This document shows positions 26,301-46,301 of a stretch of DNA of 63,085 nt, piece by piece. Each line of letters begins with the position of its first letter. Position 1 is the first letter of the stretch. The stretch lies in NCBI RefSeq assembly GCF_002113885.1, contig NW_018408321.1:860163-923247 (forward strand). Direction: 5' to 3'. The notes below the pieces were generated by a model, which saw only the letters and a program-made list of their open reading frames with translations, was not told where the DNA came from and did not search any database. Position numbers and translations under genes: made by a program. Source of the stretch: Mizuhopecten yessoensis (taxonomy: Eukaryota).

Positions 26301-29300
26301 TTTACATAATATTTGTAAAATTTAACAGTTTTAGTATTTTCGTAATTGTTCTGTGATGTTAAAATGTTAGTCAGCTGTCACAAGTGATGGCATTTATCAT
26401 TTAGATATGAACAAGTGGACACAGAAAATTTACAGTAACTTATATCAATTTACACAAGTACAACTACGTTATGTGGCGAGTATGTAGCGATATACATTGA
26501 TTTATAAACAGAATGACAGACTTGTTCATATACAAACAAACTGTAAGTAAAGTGACTTAATATGACATCACCAGTCAAGTCTCAGTACAGCACAAAATAA
26601 CACGGTAAACCTGAATCAACAATTTAAGCTGACATTCTTAATCTTATTGTGATGAAAAACTTTGCTCAGTAAGTTAGGCACTTTTTTCATAAAGAGGAAG
26701 TTGTTTCCAGTTAAATTAATTTCAGAATGAATTGTGTGCTGTACTAAATCGAGTATTACCACCAGTTGAGAACTAGAAGGTAAATTGTCTCAGCTGTTCT
26801 CTATTAGCACCACTCTTCAGTGTATACTGGCATGCTCCCATACAGGCCATGTTATTTCAGTGACAAGGAATTAGTAAGAACATATGGTGACTGTTGAACT
26901 CTGCATTGAACAAGAACTTGTCGACAACAAAAACTATGGCATACACAAACTGCTATAGGGTACCTGTTAAATCAACACCAGCATTATATCTGTAATTCAG
27001 ACGGTTACCTGCAAGCAAAACCAGGCCAAACAGTGTTAGAGGCAATGGCTGGGGTGTCCACAAAAACAAGTAAAAAGAGTCACGCTAAAAATTAGCCTCT
27101 AATCCTACAAAGACAACAGTAACTTCAACCCCTACACCCACATGTATAGTAAACCTAAACTCGTCACCATGTACATCCACAATAAACAATTCCCTTTCAC
27201 CAAGTATTATAAATTCATGTCTTTCCCATTCCCCTTTATACCATATACATGTAGCAATCGTTTTCTTTTCTTACCATTCGCTGATCGTTTGAAACGAGTC
27301 AAGCGTTGCACCGTACGTTTAACTTTGTAAGGAAAAGACAAATTTATTTCTCATGTTTCTTTTCTCATGTTTATAACATAACATATAATGACATATAATA
27401 TATCTACACAGAATTAGTTTAATTAATCCTAACCAATTGCCCAGAGAGAAAGTTTCTCCATTTCTACATTAAACAATCAGGTCTAACTACTTCACACTGC
27501 ATTGAGATCTAACGACAGTGAGATCTAACGACATCAGCTATGAGTTCATGTTGTGGTGACCACTGCTCCACCAGTATACAAACTAAATGTTTGACATCCA
27601 GTTCCAGTTTTATAACTTTCGTTACGAGTTTGTGTTACCACAACATGAAATCCTGGAATCCAGCAGCCTAGCTCCTCCTTCAGCCTGCAGATAGCTTACT
27701 TTGGAAAACTCTGATTTCACTTGATATTTAACATTTGGAACAAATGTACCTGATAAATTTCTTTACACTTGGTGATACAGAAAAGATTTATATTTTTTTT
27801 TTTATACATTTGATCTCCCAGTAAATCGGCTCTGTTGGTCTTTTATGCCACCAACTTTACAAATGTCAGGACCTTGTTCATTCCGTTTCTGATATATTTT
27901 AAAACTTTCACAAATATTTAAAATCTTATCTTGAATCCTTCTCCAAAATATTGGTTTGGTTTCAGAGGAAAATGTGTTCTTTCAAATGCTTTCAGAAATT
28001 AAAGTGCCCAAACTAGCAATTTTAAGGTTTCAATGAATGTACTTTACACCAGACCAAACTGAAGACAAACGGTCAATCCCAAATGTAATGTTTGAAATTT
28101 TTTAAGATTTACAATTGTTTTCTTTATAGCTGACTTGAAATGGCTCGTAAATCTGTGAAAGTTTTTGTTTTTGTTTTTGCAAGATCATGAAAGATATATA
28201 TGAAATCAGGAATTTTGTCATCAATTTTATAGCTCTATCGAAATTCATGGAAATCACCAATTTCTTTTTGAAAGATGCACATCCTTCCATAATTCTTTTG
28301 TGATTCCATTATGCTCCATTCTGTTTGACAGACAAAACTGTAAGTCATTAACTTCAATACTAATTAGAGATGACAGTGCAATGATTAGTTGATTAATACA
28401 TGTATTATACTAGAATCATAAACATCGACACAGTTTTACTTTATAACAAATCTGTTTACATGTATCAAATATGCTAAAATGTTAAAAACGTAAATTTGAA
28501 AAAAAATATGGTAAAGAAAATCAATGATTGTTAAAACAGAGTTGAACTGTACATGTTAGAAAAGAAATTACTACTGTTGTGAAATTGTGTACCAGTACTG
28601 ACTTGAAATCAGCTATTGCTATACAAAAGACTGTCGACAGTGGTAAGAGAAGTACTGTAGTAGACCTGTGACAAAGTGTTGTTAATACAAAAGACAGCAA
28701 TGGAAAATCAAATACTATAGCATACAGACCACTTATATATATACGCTGTATTCAAAAATGTTTTCTTATATAAAGAAATATCTCTAAATAAATGTTTAAG
28801 AAGAAAAAAAATATGCATGTACACAAAAACCTTTTTAAACTACGTAAGTTTTTTACTTTGGTAAATAACACATTACCTTTTTCCTGAATCTGCAGACCAG
28901 CTGCATGTGACAGAGCGAAGAAGACGGCATCACCGACCGTTTGATGCGGAGGCTTGACTCGATTGTAGGCCTGGGCTGCCTCCACTGCTATTTTAAGACG
29001 ATGCTGCTTTGCTCGGTACAGTTGACCTTGGAGGGCAAGTTGATCCCTATATAGGACTTTGTTATCCAGTTTCTCCTTAAGCTCAACCTTATATGACTTC
29101 TCTACATATCTTGTCCTCAAACTGATGTCCAGTTCCTTCAACTGGCGGTCAAGCTTTTCCAAGTCTCGATAAAGCAACGGCACATTCGTAGATTCCTCCA
29201 GGGTTAATCCTGCAATATAACATCACAAGTGAAAAATCGGCAACAAATCACAGTTATTCATAGATACAATTAATGCAGTGTTAAATCAGTAACGAGGCAT

Positions 29301-31505
29301 AGCTATTTATTTGGTACATTAATACAGGAATATATCTACTGGGTATGATAATTATGCATCTAGAAAGTCACCAGCTTGAAACTGAATGCGCGAGTAAAGA
29401 TCACAACTTGTGTCATATTTCATTAAGCCTTGAATGTGTTGCAATCCAGCCAAAAACCAGATTAAAGGCAGTCCATAGCTAAATTTTCAATCTGCAACTG
29501 ATCAGACTCTTTATGAATTTCCATATGCTATATAATAATAACACTTCAGTAATTAACATTGTAGATATAAACTCTTAGCCTTGGTACACAAACACACAGA
29601 AGTAAAAGTATATAGCCAGGTACAGTAAATCTATAACAAACTTACCAGGTATTAAACGATGATCCTTCTTGAATTCTCGTTTTGGAGGCTCAGTTACCTG
29701 CCGTTCAAACTCCTCCTGCTCCTTACGTTTGGCCTTTAAGTTTAGCAGCTGTTTCTGAAGTCTGTCATTGTCTCTCTCAATGACACCAATCCTATTTATG
29801 ACAATGAAAATAACAAATATCAACTCAAAGTTTTCATTCAATTTGACATATCCGTTTTTAAAGAACCAACTGCTGTAAATTGTACTATCATTTATCATGC
29901 ATACATTTACAACAGGCTCATAGTCGTGGGCTTTAATGGTCACCTTAGTGAAATTATGAATGACATACAGTGTTGCTAGTTATATAGATTTAAATTGATT
30001 TGTAAAAGTTTGGTTATAAATACACCAGTTGCTTTCAAAGAAGTTTCAAAGCAGATATTTTTTGAAGGTTTTACATTTAGTGACCCTTATGGCTCTGTCT
30101 CTCAGCCTTTTTAGGATTCTTATATTCTTCCAGGGACTGATGATTACCACTAAGTTTTATAAATATCTGAAAGACACTTTCTAAATAGAAGAGAATAGTA
30201 TGTTTGTTTACATGACGATTGAAAGGCCTGACAAAAGACCTAAGGCGACCTAACGAATAGTATATACGTAAACTGTTATTTTAACAAAAGGCTGTACCCT
30301 AATAAGCATCATGTACCCTGCCCCAAGCTGACACAAGTTCAATGTCTCCAAACCCAAACTTATCAGTACATGTCAATAAATATATATTGTACTAATTTGT
30401 TTAAAAATGCTCTCAGTACAGTTGTAGACTAATCCCCTTCTTTCCAGCGCTGAACATATTAATATATGGGATATCTACCTTTCCTCTAGTTCATCGCCTC
30501 TCTTCTTGTAATTCCTCATGGTTGAGGGTTCGGAGGCCATGGCCTTGAGTTTGCCATGAAGGAAGATAGCCTCCCTCTGCCCTGACTTGATCACCTCAAT
30601 GGTGTCCTCATACTCTTTCTTCACCGCCGTCAACAGAGGTTTGTAGGCCTTCACATGCTCAATTATCTTTAAAAAAGAGTGTGCATAGATATAACTGCAT
30701 GGTAACATGTTCATGCTTATTTTTTGTCTTGAATTCCACAAATCACAGTAACTTTTTCATACTGGAGTAAATATGTATAAACTACACCATGTATTTGACT
30801 ATCAATAAACTCATTTGGACCAGATTGCATTGTATACCGTGTATATAAGTAAGATTATTAAAATAAACATGGTTACTCTAGGTAAGTAAAAATATGATAT
30901 AAGACATTACATAACTATAAACCATAATACATTGGACATACAGGTAGTTGAAAAAAACTATAAAAAAACTATATATATAAAAACACACATTTCATGTCCT
31001 AAGTTTTTTAGTGTTTGTCTTTACACCTTTCATACTGTCTTCCAACGGATTTGATACATTTTCAGCTGCAAAAGCATTATGTATTTTACAATTTACAGGC
31101 ATCAGGAGTCTTTATAGAATTTTGATGAAGTTATAACCACACTTCAAGGGGAAAACTTTGTATCTTTACAGTTTAAATGACGATTGAAACTTTTTAAATT
31201 TTTAGAATGTGGTTTGAAAGACAAATAACTTTATTCAACTTTCTTTTTATTTATAATTTACTCATAAGTTTCGTTCAGTGATTGTGATGACCTGGTTTAT
31301 TGGATGTGCTTCTTACCCTGTTAAAAACAGTCTTAAAGATGATATAACGCTGCTCATCTTCTTCAGTATTAATCCTTGACATCTCATAGTCAATGTACTC
31401 ACTGAGGTCCTGCAGGAAACGCCTGTCTACCTCATTTGTAATGATAGGCGGTATCTTGGTATATTTAGAAGTGGTAGAAGTGGGAGTTGAGGATCTACTT
31501 GACAT
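23358..31505 (-). CDS. CLHC1: Clathrin heavy chain linker domain-containing protein 1
   Basis: Exons 31505-31317, 30666-30479, 29791-29646, 29209-28877, 25455-25219, 24783-24609, 24348-23963, 23773-23358. All introns GT-AG and phase-consistent; 2070 nt, 689 aa. Motifs match CLHC1 as I recall it: [105 protein letters not shown]. Confidence 0.93.
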
Positions 31506-33119
31506 TCTAAAAATAAATTCAAGTAAAGATTAACGAAAGTTCCAAGTTCCTTAATAAGTCATCTGGATATAATTTTCATATCTTATCCTCATGATTAGAC
31601 TATGGGTCAAGGTACTTTTTTAAAATTATTTTTACACCTTGTGATCTTCCTAAGCACAGCTACACGACACATCAAAGTCTTAAACCTTTAGGCTTATAAT
31701 TCAGTAGAAGTTTGAACACATTTGACTCTGTCAGTTCGTGCTGAAATTACTCCCGGTCATGCCCATATCAAATTAAAAGTAAAACAACTGCATATATATT
31801 GGCTGAATATAAATTTCTATTACCACAAGCACTTTACATTCTGATTTTTGCATCTTTTCACTTATTCAGTTTTAGTTTGATGCATTACTTTGTGTGAATG
31901 TTCATATGCACAGTGTTTTTTGGCCCTAAATGACTTAAATTGTCCATTGCCATTGGCCATATATATATATAAAAAAAAAAAAATGACATTCTAATCATTA
32001 ATCAAAAACAAATGATAAGAAATTACTGAAAACAATAAAACTACAATAATTATACCCACATAATGGTCAGACAATTATCTAAACAGTAACCATGATAGCT
32101 AGACTTGTGCCAGGAAATTTTCATATATGCTATGTCATGCAGACTTCTTTCCCAGGTGACATATAGTTCAGCAAAAAGTCCAGGCAAACATCAATGACAG
32201 AATGTGATATTACACCACAGGTGTAGCTTTTTTAGCAATGTTTAATTGTGTATTAATTAGACTATCACCATAAAGTTGACATTACTGCAGTAGGATCTTT
32301 AACGTTTTATACCAACTATTGCCATTTTTGTATTATCAAATGACATTAGATCACCTGTCAACTAGTATGTCCTGGGAATAAGGAGATCATCACAAAGTAT
32401 AAAATCTGTAATTGTGAATGATACATTTTCATCACAAGTTTGATTGTGACATAAGTGGTTGGTAATACAATGAAAGACAGAGAATATTTAAAATTACTGC
32501 ATAAATTGTGATGCACTACATATTAAAAATCTTATTATTACTTCTCTGTCCCTGCAGACGTTGTTTGCAAATGTTAGTGTACAAAAGCATGTGTCATCCA
32601 ACTCACAGACCAATAACCAGATTATCTCCTCAATTTCTACAATATATATATATACATGTCTTCTTTTGATCTAATCTTTTGCAAGAGGAAGGAGGGAAAA
32701 AACATAAGTACAAAGTAAATAATAAAACTAACAACATTCTTTTGTTAAAATAAGTGTCGGGAAACATAATTGTATCTAAAAATTTAATATAAATTATTCT
32801 TTTTCATAAAGTTAATTTACAGTGAGACTGCTTATTTGTAGGGTTGTTCTGTTTGCAGTGAAGTAGTAACATATATTAGGTAGATCGACAAATGGGCCGT
32901 ACCATTTTCAAGCAGCTTCGTATTTGTTTAGTTCAGTGCAGCTCGGTTTGATTAAATATCAAAATATTGCAATAATGACGGTATTTTTAACAGTAACGTT
33001 AGCTGCTGTTATAAGTACCGGAATTTTTGCAAATTTTTTGAAAAAGCATGTGAATATTTCAAACAGAGCGTTACCCCGTTAATTGTAACAGACTAAACAT
33101 TAAAACGTTTTCTGCTTAC

Positions 33120-33277
33120 TTTTCTGTTTCTATTGTTATTCCCTAATATCAGCATACATTTTGTTGAAATGGCAAAAGCACTATACACATCAAGGGCACT
33201 GCCTATCGGACGGTGGTCGCCATTTTCAAACAACTCGTAGATAGGAAGTGACGTCACTAATACGGGCATTTTTCAAG
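33120..33277. promoter_or_regulatory. Compact bidirectional promoter for CLHC1 and PSMC4, including the putative non-coding first exon of CLHC1
   Basis: PSMC4 ATG at 33278. Minus-strand donor AAA|GTAAGC at 33119, and an acceptor 1 nt before the CLHC1 ATG. ETS-CRE composite GGAAGTGACGTCAC at 33244-33257; YY1-like CGCCATTTT at about 33218-33226. Confidence 0.7.
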
Positions 33278-39062
<5,785 letters not shown>

Positions 39063-39675
39063 TGCTGAAGTGACATTTAACTTGAGAACCAGAGATCATG
39101 ACCTCAACAACAGAAATGTAAGGGTGATATAACCCTTAAAGTGCTGCATATTTACTTCATTAAATCAATGTTTTTTTGTAAAGGTGACCTGCGTTACTTG
39201 TCTTGATTGGTAGAGATGAATTCCTTGTAGAATTGACAAGATAGGTACTTATACTGAATATAAGGCTTTTCAAAAATATTGGTAAGATTAGTTTAAATGC
39301 TGGATATATAGGATCTGGTCATACTAAAACTAGGACACACAGAGTCTGAAAGGAGATATATTTCAGAGGTGCATTTTTGAATCCATATTTATCCATGTTG
39401 ATATTACCGTACTATAGTTTTGCACTCCTTCCATCTGTGACATCAAAGAGTTTGTCCACCTAGGCATACATGTATCTTCAATACTATTTCACTTGGAGTA
39501 ACCAGATTTGGTTAGTATGGTAAGAACATCTTTGGACAGTCAAGTGTCAAGTACAAAAAGTAGGATACTAACCTATAGTTTGACCTTATCCTTTGAAACA
39601 AAGTTTTTATTGTGCATATTTCTGTACTTTTTATACGCCCGTCGAAGACGGGGACGTATAATGTTATCACGTGAG

Positions 39676-40467
39676 NNNNNNNNNNNNNNNNNNNNNNNNN
39701 NNNNNNNNNNNNNNNNNNNNNNNNNNNNNNNNNNNNNNNNNNNNNNNNNNNNNNNNNNNNNNNNNNNNNNNNNNNNNNNNNNNNNNNNNNNNNNNNNNNN
39801 NNNNNNNNNNNNNNNNNNNNNNNNNNNNNNNNNNNNNNNNNNNNNNNNNNNNNNNNNNNNNNNNNNNNNNNNNNNNNNNNNNNNNNNNNNNNNNNNNNNN
39901 NNNNNNNNNNNNNNNNNNNNNNNNNNNNNNNNNNNNNNNNNNNNNNNNNNNNNNNNNNNNNNNNNNNNNNNNNNNNNNNNNNNNNNNNNNNNNNNNNNNN
40001 NNNNNNNNNNNNNNNNNNNNNNNNNNNNNNNNNNNNNNNNNNNNNNNNNNNNNNNNNNNNNNNNNNNNNNNNNNNNNNNNNNNNNNNNNNNNNNNNNNNN
40101 NNNNNNNNNNNNNNNNNNNNNNNNNNNNNNNNNNNNNNNNNNNNNNNNNNNNNNNNNNNNNNNNNNNNNNNNNNNNNNNNNNNNNNNNNNNNNNNNNNNN
40201 NNNNNNNNNNNNNNNNNNNNNNNNNNNNNNNNNNNNNNNNNNNNNNNNNNNNNNNNNNNNNNNNNNNNNNNNNNNNNNNNNNNNNNNNNNNNNNNNNNNN
40301 NNNNNNNNNNNNNNNNNNNNNNNNNNNNNNNNNNNNNNNNNNNNNNNNNNNNNNNNNNNNNNNNNNNNNNNNNNNNNNNNNNNNNNNNNNNNNNNNNNNN
40401 NNNNNNNNNNNNNNNNNNNNNNNNNNNNNNNNNNNNNNNNNNNNNNNNNNNNNNNNNNNNNNNNNNN
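39676..40467. other. Assembly gap, preceded by a repeat terminus at 39628-39675
   Basis: Run of N. Confidence 1.
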
Positions 40468-42610
40468 TAATTACTGGAGTTATTACCCTTGGTTTCATTA
40501 ATGCGATGCATGCGTTCCATGATGTTGTATTGCACTCATTGATCTACCAGTTATGTTGAATGATTTCTCTTTTAATATCAATTACTCACAAATACTTCAT
40601 ATATTTCAATCATACAAACAACTGCTCATTCAATGTGTGACGGGCGTATTATATACCGCTCGCGGTAACCTTGTTCCTAGAGTTATCAGATTCGGTATGC
40701 AAGTACGTCTTGGATGGCAGAGTAGTTTTCTGATGGGGAATTATGGATTGCCTTGTTTCTATTACAATAGAACTCCCAACACTCATCAAACTTTGTCATG
40801 TGGATATAGTGTATCTTTAGGAGTGCTACTCTAATGTCAGCAACTGTGATCTATCTGTTTAGTAACACAGTTCACTAATTTTGGTTAGACTGCATTTAGC
40901 TTCAATACACTTTCCTAAAAAAAAAACATCCATCAACCATTATATCTGGATATCTGGACAATTTATAGAATATGACACCAATCAAATGGAGGTCATTATC
41001 TGCATCTTAGTTCAGAGCTCTGACATCATCTACTCTTGTACCAGAAGTCCAGCAGTCATCAAACTTTATACAGTATGTTGATACATCTGAAGGAGTACAC
41101 CAACATACCAAATGAAGGTCATCGTGAACCATATGTTCTGCTGCACAGATTTGTTTAGACCATGTGTTTAGCTCCATTTCCCAATAATAAAAGTCCAAGT
41201 CATCAAACTTCATACATGGATCCATCTTAGGAGTACAGGTACTAACTTCTACTAAAGCAATTTTACATTTCATTAACTTTGGTTTGACTTTATGTTTAGC
41301 TCCAATTCTCTGATAGACATCGCATTAATAGGAATATTACCATCAAAGAGGGAGTGAAGTATATGTGGTAACAGATTAGATCAAAACAAACATTTGTGAA
41401 AGATCAGAAACCAAAATAATTATTACATGCATCAGCTAAACTAGTGTTACATAACACACAGACAACACATGTGGACTTAAATTTTTTATTCACTTCGCAT
41501 GGTGGCTACGGCAGTCTTATATTGCCCCCCTACTGGAGCAGACTCTCTCTCTCAAGTCTTTGAGAGCATCTCTCTCTCAAGTCTTTTGAAGCCTCTGTCT
41601 ATATTTCCGTTTTATCAAAACTCATAGTACATGTACATATTTTATTAACTATTCATGACCCCGTACCATCCCTTTTACATATATAATTAGGCATGTGCGA
41701 CAATTTTAATCTAACTTCTAATCTAACTTTCCCCTACCAAAACAACAATACTAGATCATAGGGCAATGACAGTTACCCCCGTCTGTTTTGCGGAGTTCAC
41801 ACACTCTTTTCTATCTCTGTCATCCATGACTGACCTGGTCGCCACTAGATGGATATATAGCCCTATAGCACTATCTACAATTCAGCAGTTCCCTGCAATC
41901 AATGCACGGTGTTACCCAAATCGTAAGATTTGACCTCAGATGTACTTTTGACCAAAGCCCTGCTCTCTATTGATACCCACTGTCTTGCATGTTATAAGAT
42001 TGTTCCATTCTTTCTCATTAAATACTTAATTTTCAGCCCATTTTGTTACACTAGTAACAAAGGTTTTAAATAAACAACAGACATGTAGAAATCTTAGCAA
42101 ATGATTTAATTACAGAATGTCTTATATAAATTGCGTATCACAGACTGTACTCTATAGCACTTGTAAAATACAATTATATTAATTATATTAATACACATAT
42201 CACATTTAACAGGAATGTTTGACAGTAATTATTGTGAAAATTACAAAGGACGGGATAAATATCAACAGATAATGCCTGTTCTATACTTCGAGACTTTAAT
42301 ATCATCCTGTATAATTTCTCATTGAGACTACAAAAACGAAATGAACTTAAGTGTTCTACCATTGAATACCAAATATGAACAAAAGTTTTAAACAAACCCA
42401 AGTTTCTGAATACTGTATCTCAGTATACCAGTACTTGACATAAACACAGGAAAAACAAGGGCACAACTTGTGAGATTTCTGATATGATGATGAAATACAG
42501 ACATACCAAGGTAATTATCTTGTAATTTAGATATTACTGGATATTGTGAGATTGATTCCCTAAAATCATCAAAGTTGTGAATCATAAGTCGAAAGTTAAA
42601 TGCTAAATGT

Positions 42611-42869
42611 TTGGTTAGTACAGTAGAGAAATTATAAATCTAAACACATTAGGGATAAGTATTTTGTTATGTGATTGGTTAGTACAGTAGAGAAATTATA
42701 AATCTAAACACATTAGGGATAAGTATTTTGTTATGTGATTGGTTAGTACAGTAGAGAAATTATAAATCTAAACACATAAGGGATAAGTATTTTGTTATGT
42801 GATTGGTTAGCACAGTAGAGAAATTATAAATCTAAACACATTGGGGATAAGTATTTTGTTATGTGATTG
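42611..42869. repeat. 64-bp tandem repeat x4
   Basis: TTGGTTAGTACAGTAGAG unit at 42611, 42675, 42739 and 42803. Confidence 0.93.
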
Positions 42870-43928
42870 AAGGAAGGTCAATACACTTTTTACTTATGTA
42901 AAGAGTCAGTTACAAGACTTGTTGTCTTACATTTTAATACAATTCGACCATAGTTGCTACACATTATCAATTCATGATTATTGGCCAAATTACTCTGTAA
43001 GCAACCCCTATTATATGTCACAAACAATATGTGTTCTGTTTTTAAAATGTTTCATAACAATAGTAATGACTTTATATTGATTTTATACTAACTTCATTCA
43101 ATGTCCACACCAAAGTAGAATACTAGGCTGGTCTTGCTGCTGAGAAACTCAATCTGTGGGTACATGATATTATTTTAATTCCTTTCAAGCTTGTAACTTA
43201 CTATAACTTCAACATAAATTTAACAACAATTGGTAGAAAAAACAGGTTTGGATAATAAAAAGTTATGTAGTTGTCGGATATGAAATGTTCTACTTGATAT
43301 TTCTAGAAACAATCGGTATAAATAAATTATATTTTGAAATCGTATACTGTGCTGTTGTACAGGGAAAGTGAAGATGAAGAACAGGAAAATCTGCCCAATA
43401 GAAATGTTTATTTTGTGCATCAAATCTCTTCAATAAATTATTCACATTGGACACTGGTCAACCAATAAAATATTTGATTGATGTTTTGTAAAAAAGTAAA
43501 TGGTTTGTAGCAGATGATTGTTTTATTACCTACTACGCTATCACATTACATTTCCACAGCAATATCGCTGGTGGAATAAACTCGGTACATAATCAAATAC
43601 ATGTATATGTGAAATACAGTTGTACAAAATAAATAACATTCTATCAAAACAATTCTAGTACATATAATGTAGCTCATTAACCATGTATAACAGACAATAG
43701 TGTACATAGTAAAACAGGTGTACAATAAGATGATAAAGAATGAAGTCAAATTAAATTGAAATAAATAAAATATATATTAACCAAGGTGATGATTCAAGGT
43801 ATACGGATGCTATACTGTACTTAATGAATGGGATAATACTAAAGAAATGTGTTTATCAATTACTTCAACCATTTAATAAAACGGGGTTATTTATTTAAGT
43901 ACCTACAACAACAAAAATGTGGAGAAAG

Positions 43929-44500
43929 CACTGTATGGTTTGGGCCCCCAAATCCATCAAAATTATAAATCTGCAATAGAACTTTCAAACGACTGTTTCT
44001 TTAATTTTGAATACTTCCCCAGTACTATTATGTAAACATTTATTTGTGTTTTCAATTTTGGCTGCAATGGTATCCAGGTCGTATTTGCATAAATTATTGA
44101 AATTTGATTATTCAGTCAAATTTGACAGGTTTTCACCTAGTTTTTCTCTAAGCTACCATAGAGTGCACTCTTGAACAAACTTTATATTTCTCCTAAAGAT
44201 GTATTACAGGTGCCTACACATTATCCTTTTGATATTAAGCTTGTTCAAGTATGCGCTCTTAGTTTCTAGGAGAAAAACTATGCAAAATATCACAATATTC
44301 ACTGAATATTCATTATTTTCTAATTTATGCAAATTTGAACTTGTTACCATGGCAACAATAATTAGAAATATGAATAAATATTTTCATAATATAATTTGGG
44401 AAGTATTCGAAATTAAAGAAACAGTCATTTCAAAGTTTATTTAAAGGTTTTGAATTTTGATGCATTTGGGGGCCAAAACAGGCCCAAACCATACATAGTC
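43929..44500. mobile_element. MITE with terminal inverted repeats
   Basis: Left end TGTATGGTTTGGGCC and right end GGCCCAAACCATACA, about 570 bp apart; non-coding interior. Confidence 0.6.
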
Positions 44501-45334
44501 CATTTTGAAAAGGCTGGCTACTCAACACTATCATACCATTTTATGCTCAATCTGTTAAGATTTGCTTACAAAGCATTAACAATTGCGTAGTTAAGTTACG
44601 TAATGTTTTAGGATATATAGCAAAGATCTGACCAGAACATGCAGTGAATAGTAAGTACTGTTCTGATTGGTCAATATCAAAGTGTTATTCACAAAGTGAC
44701 GGATATCATTTTTTTTAAAAATAATATCCGTCACAGTGTGACAGATATTAGTTATATTTAATTGATTAACAAATATCCCAGCTGATATGTCGAAGCATGG
44801 CGCATGTCATGTCAAATGTTACTAGATATACTAAATTATATCCTTCAAGCTTTGTATAAATATAAAGAGGTACAAGTTGTTTTCTTTTTGACATAAGCAA
44901 GGATGTTTATTGAGTATAGTTCAAAGATCTAATTCAAAAACATCTTGCAGTTACAAGTAGAAACTAATTATTGAGCAATCTTTCCAACCAGACAAACGGT
45001 TTGTCAGGGTTTTATGACTTTACAACAGCTGTCCACAGATGGTGAAGTCAAATGTCATAACCTCGATATGGTATCATGACATCACAGGCTTTCCTGTTTG
45101 TTTGAAGCATAATTAAAGGCCTATCATATTTAATGCATTTATAGACTTATTTCAAAAATAGCAAATTTAAGCTAAGTGGCTATACAGTGACCTATTTTTT
45201 GAAAAATGATAACAGGAAATAGAATAGGACATCCTCAAATATCTACCAACAAACTATACTTATTGTCATATTTTTTATGAAAGGTAATTTGCACAATGTT
45301 TTATACTGTATTTTAGATTGGAACTTTTTTAACA

Positions 45335-45457
45335 GGAGCAGAAAAATGTCGGTCAGACCGAGGTTCAAATCGCGGGACCCTCTGAACTCGAGACAGACGC
45401 TCTACTCATTGAGCTACCTGGTCGCCGACAATCGACCCAGTCCAGTTTCGCTACACT
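45335..45457 (-). mobile_element. Degenerate tRNA-derived repeat or SINE head
   Basis: Minus strand GACCAGGTAGCTCAATGAGTAGAGCGTCTG..GGTCCCGCGATTTGAACCTCGGTC: A box intact, B box decayed. Confidence 0.6.
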
Positions 45458-46301
45458 TTTAACAAATAAGTATACTATATAGGTATCACTTTGATGTGAG
45501 ATGAAAAGATTTTGTTTTCCACCAAGAGTCGGGAATAAGAAATGTTTGGTTAAATATTTTAAAATATTTTGATTGCAGGAAAATAAATTGGTATAGAAAA
45601 CTTTTTGTTTAATAATGAATTTATAAATTATAATCATTTGTCAAGGAAATATTTTGGTAATGAGCGCTTGGATTAGAAACTAGATTCCATTGTATTAAGA
45701 GACGATATACTTAACACTGTAATCTAGAATATAATTGCACAACGTTTTAAGGATGAAGGAAAGCATTGCTTGAAATGTCTTCACATAAAGAGAAAATCAT
45801 CATTTTATAATTTCATATAAAGTGGAAATCAATTTTGTTAGTTCGTATGGAGTGAAAGTCATCATTTTATTGGTTCACATACTGTGAAAGTCCTAATCCA
45901 AAGTCTCTACCTGAAGAAGCCAGACAATGGCACAAACCGTTGACAAGTACCCAATATCACGGTTGTCATGTCTCACAATTGACATTGCCTACAGTGTGAG
46001 AAAACATCTCGCACACTGAGATGTCCTAACTCACTCACAACGTAACGTATATCATGGCTTGTGGGCCATAAATCTCACGCTTTTGTAAATGTTCTCCATC
46101 CTTAGCTTGTCAAGCCAAGAACCTTCTCCCAAGCTGTTCTGCTTGATTCCCTATTGTGTGGTAATCCAAAGTTTTCACCTTCTTCTTGTAATACAAATTT
46201 ACACCTGTTAACAGTGATCTGAACTTTACCCTTTTTAAATGTTATATAAAACGTTTGGTAATTTTAGCACTGTTTGACACCACATTACACTGATGGATCA
46301 T

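Noticed and set aside
27637-27690. Further candidate CLHC1 intronic exon
   Set aside because: It has a stop in the required phase and is not frame-preserving.
39508-40535. ORFs of X residues
   Set aside because: Assembly gap artefact.
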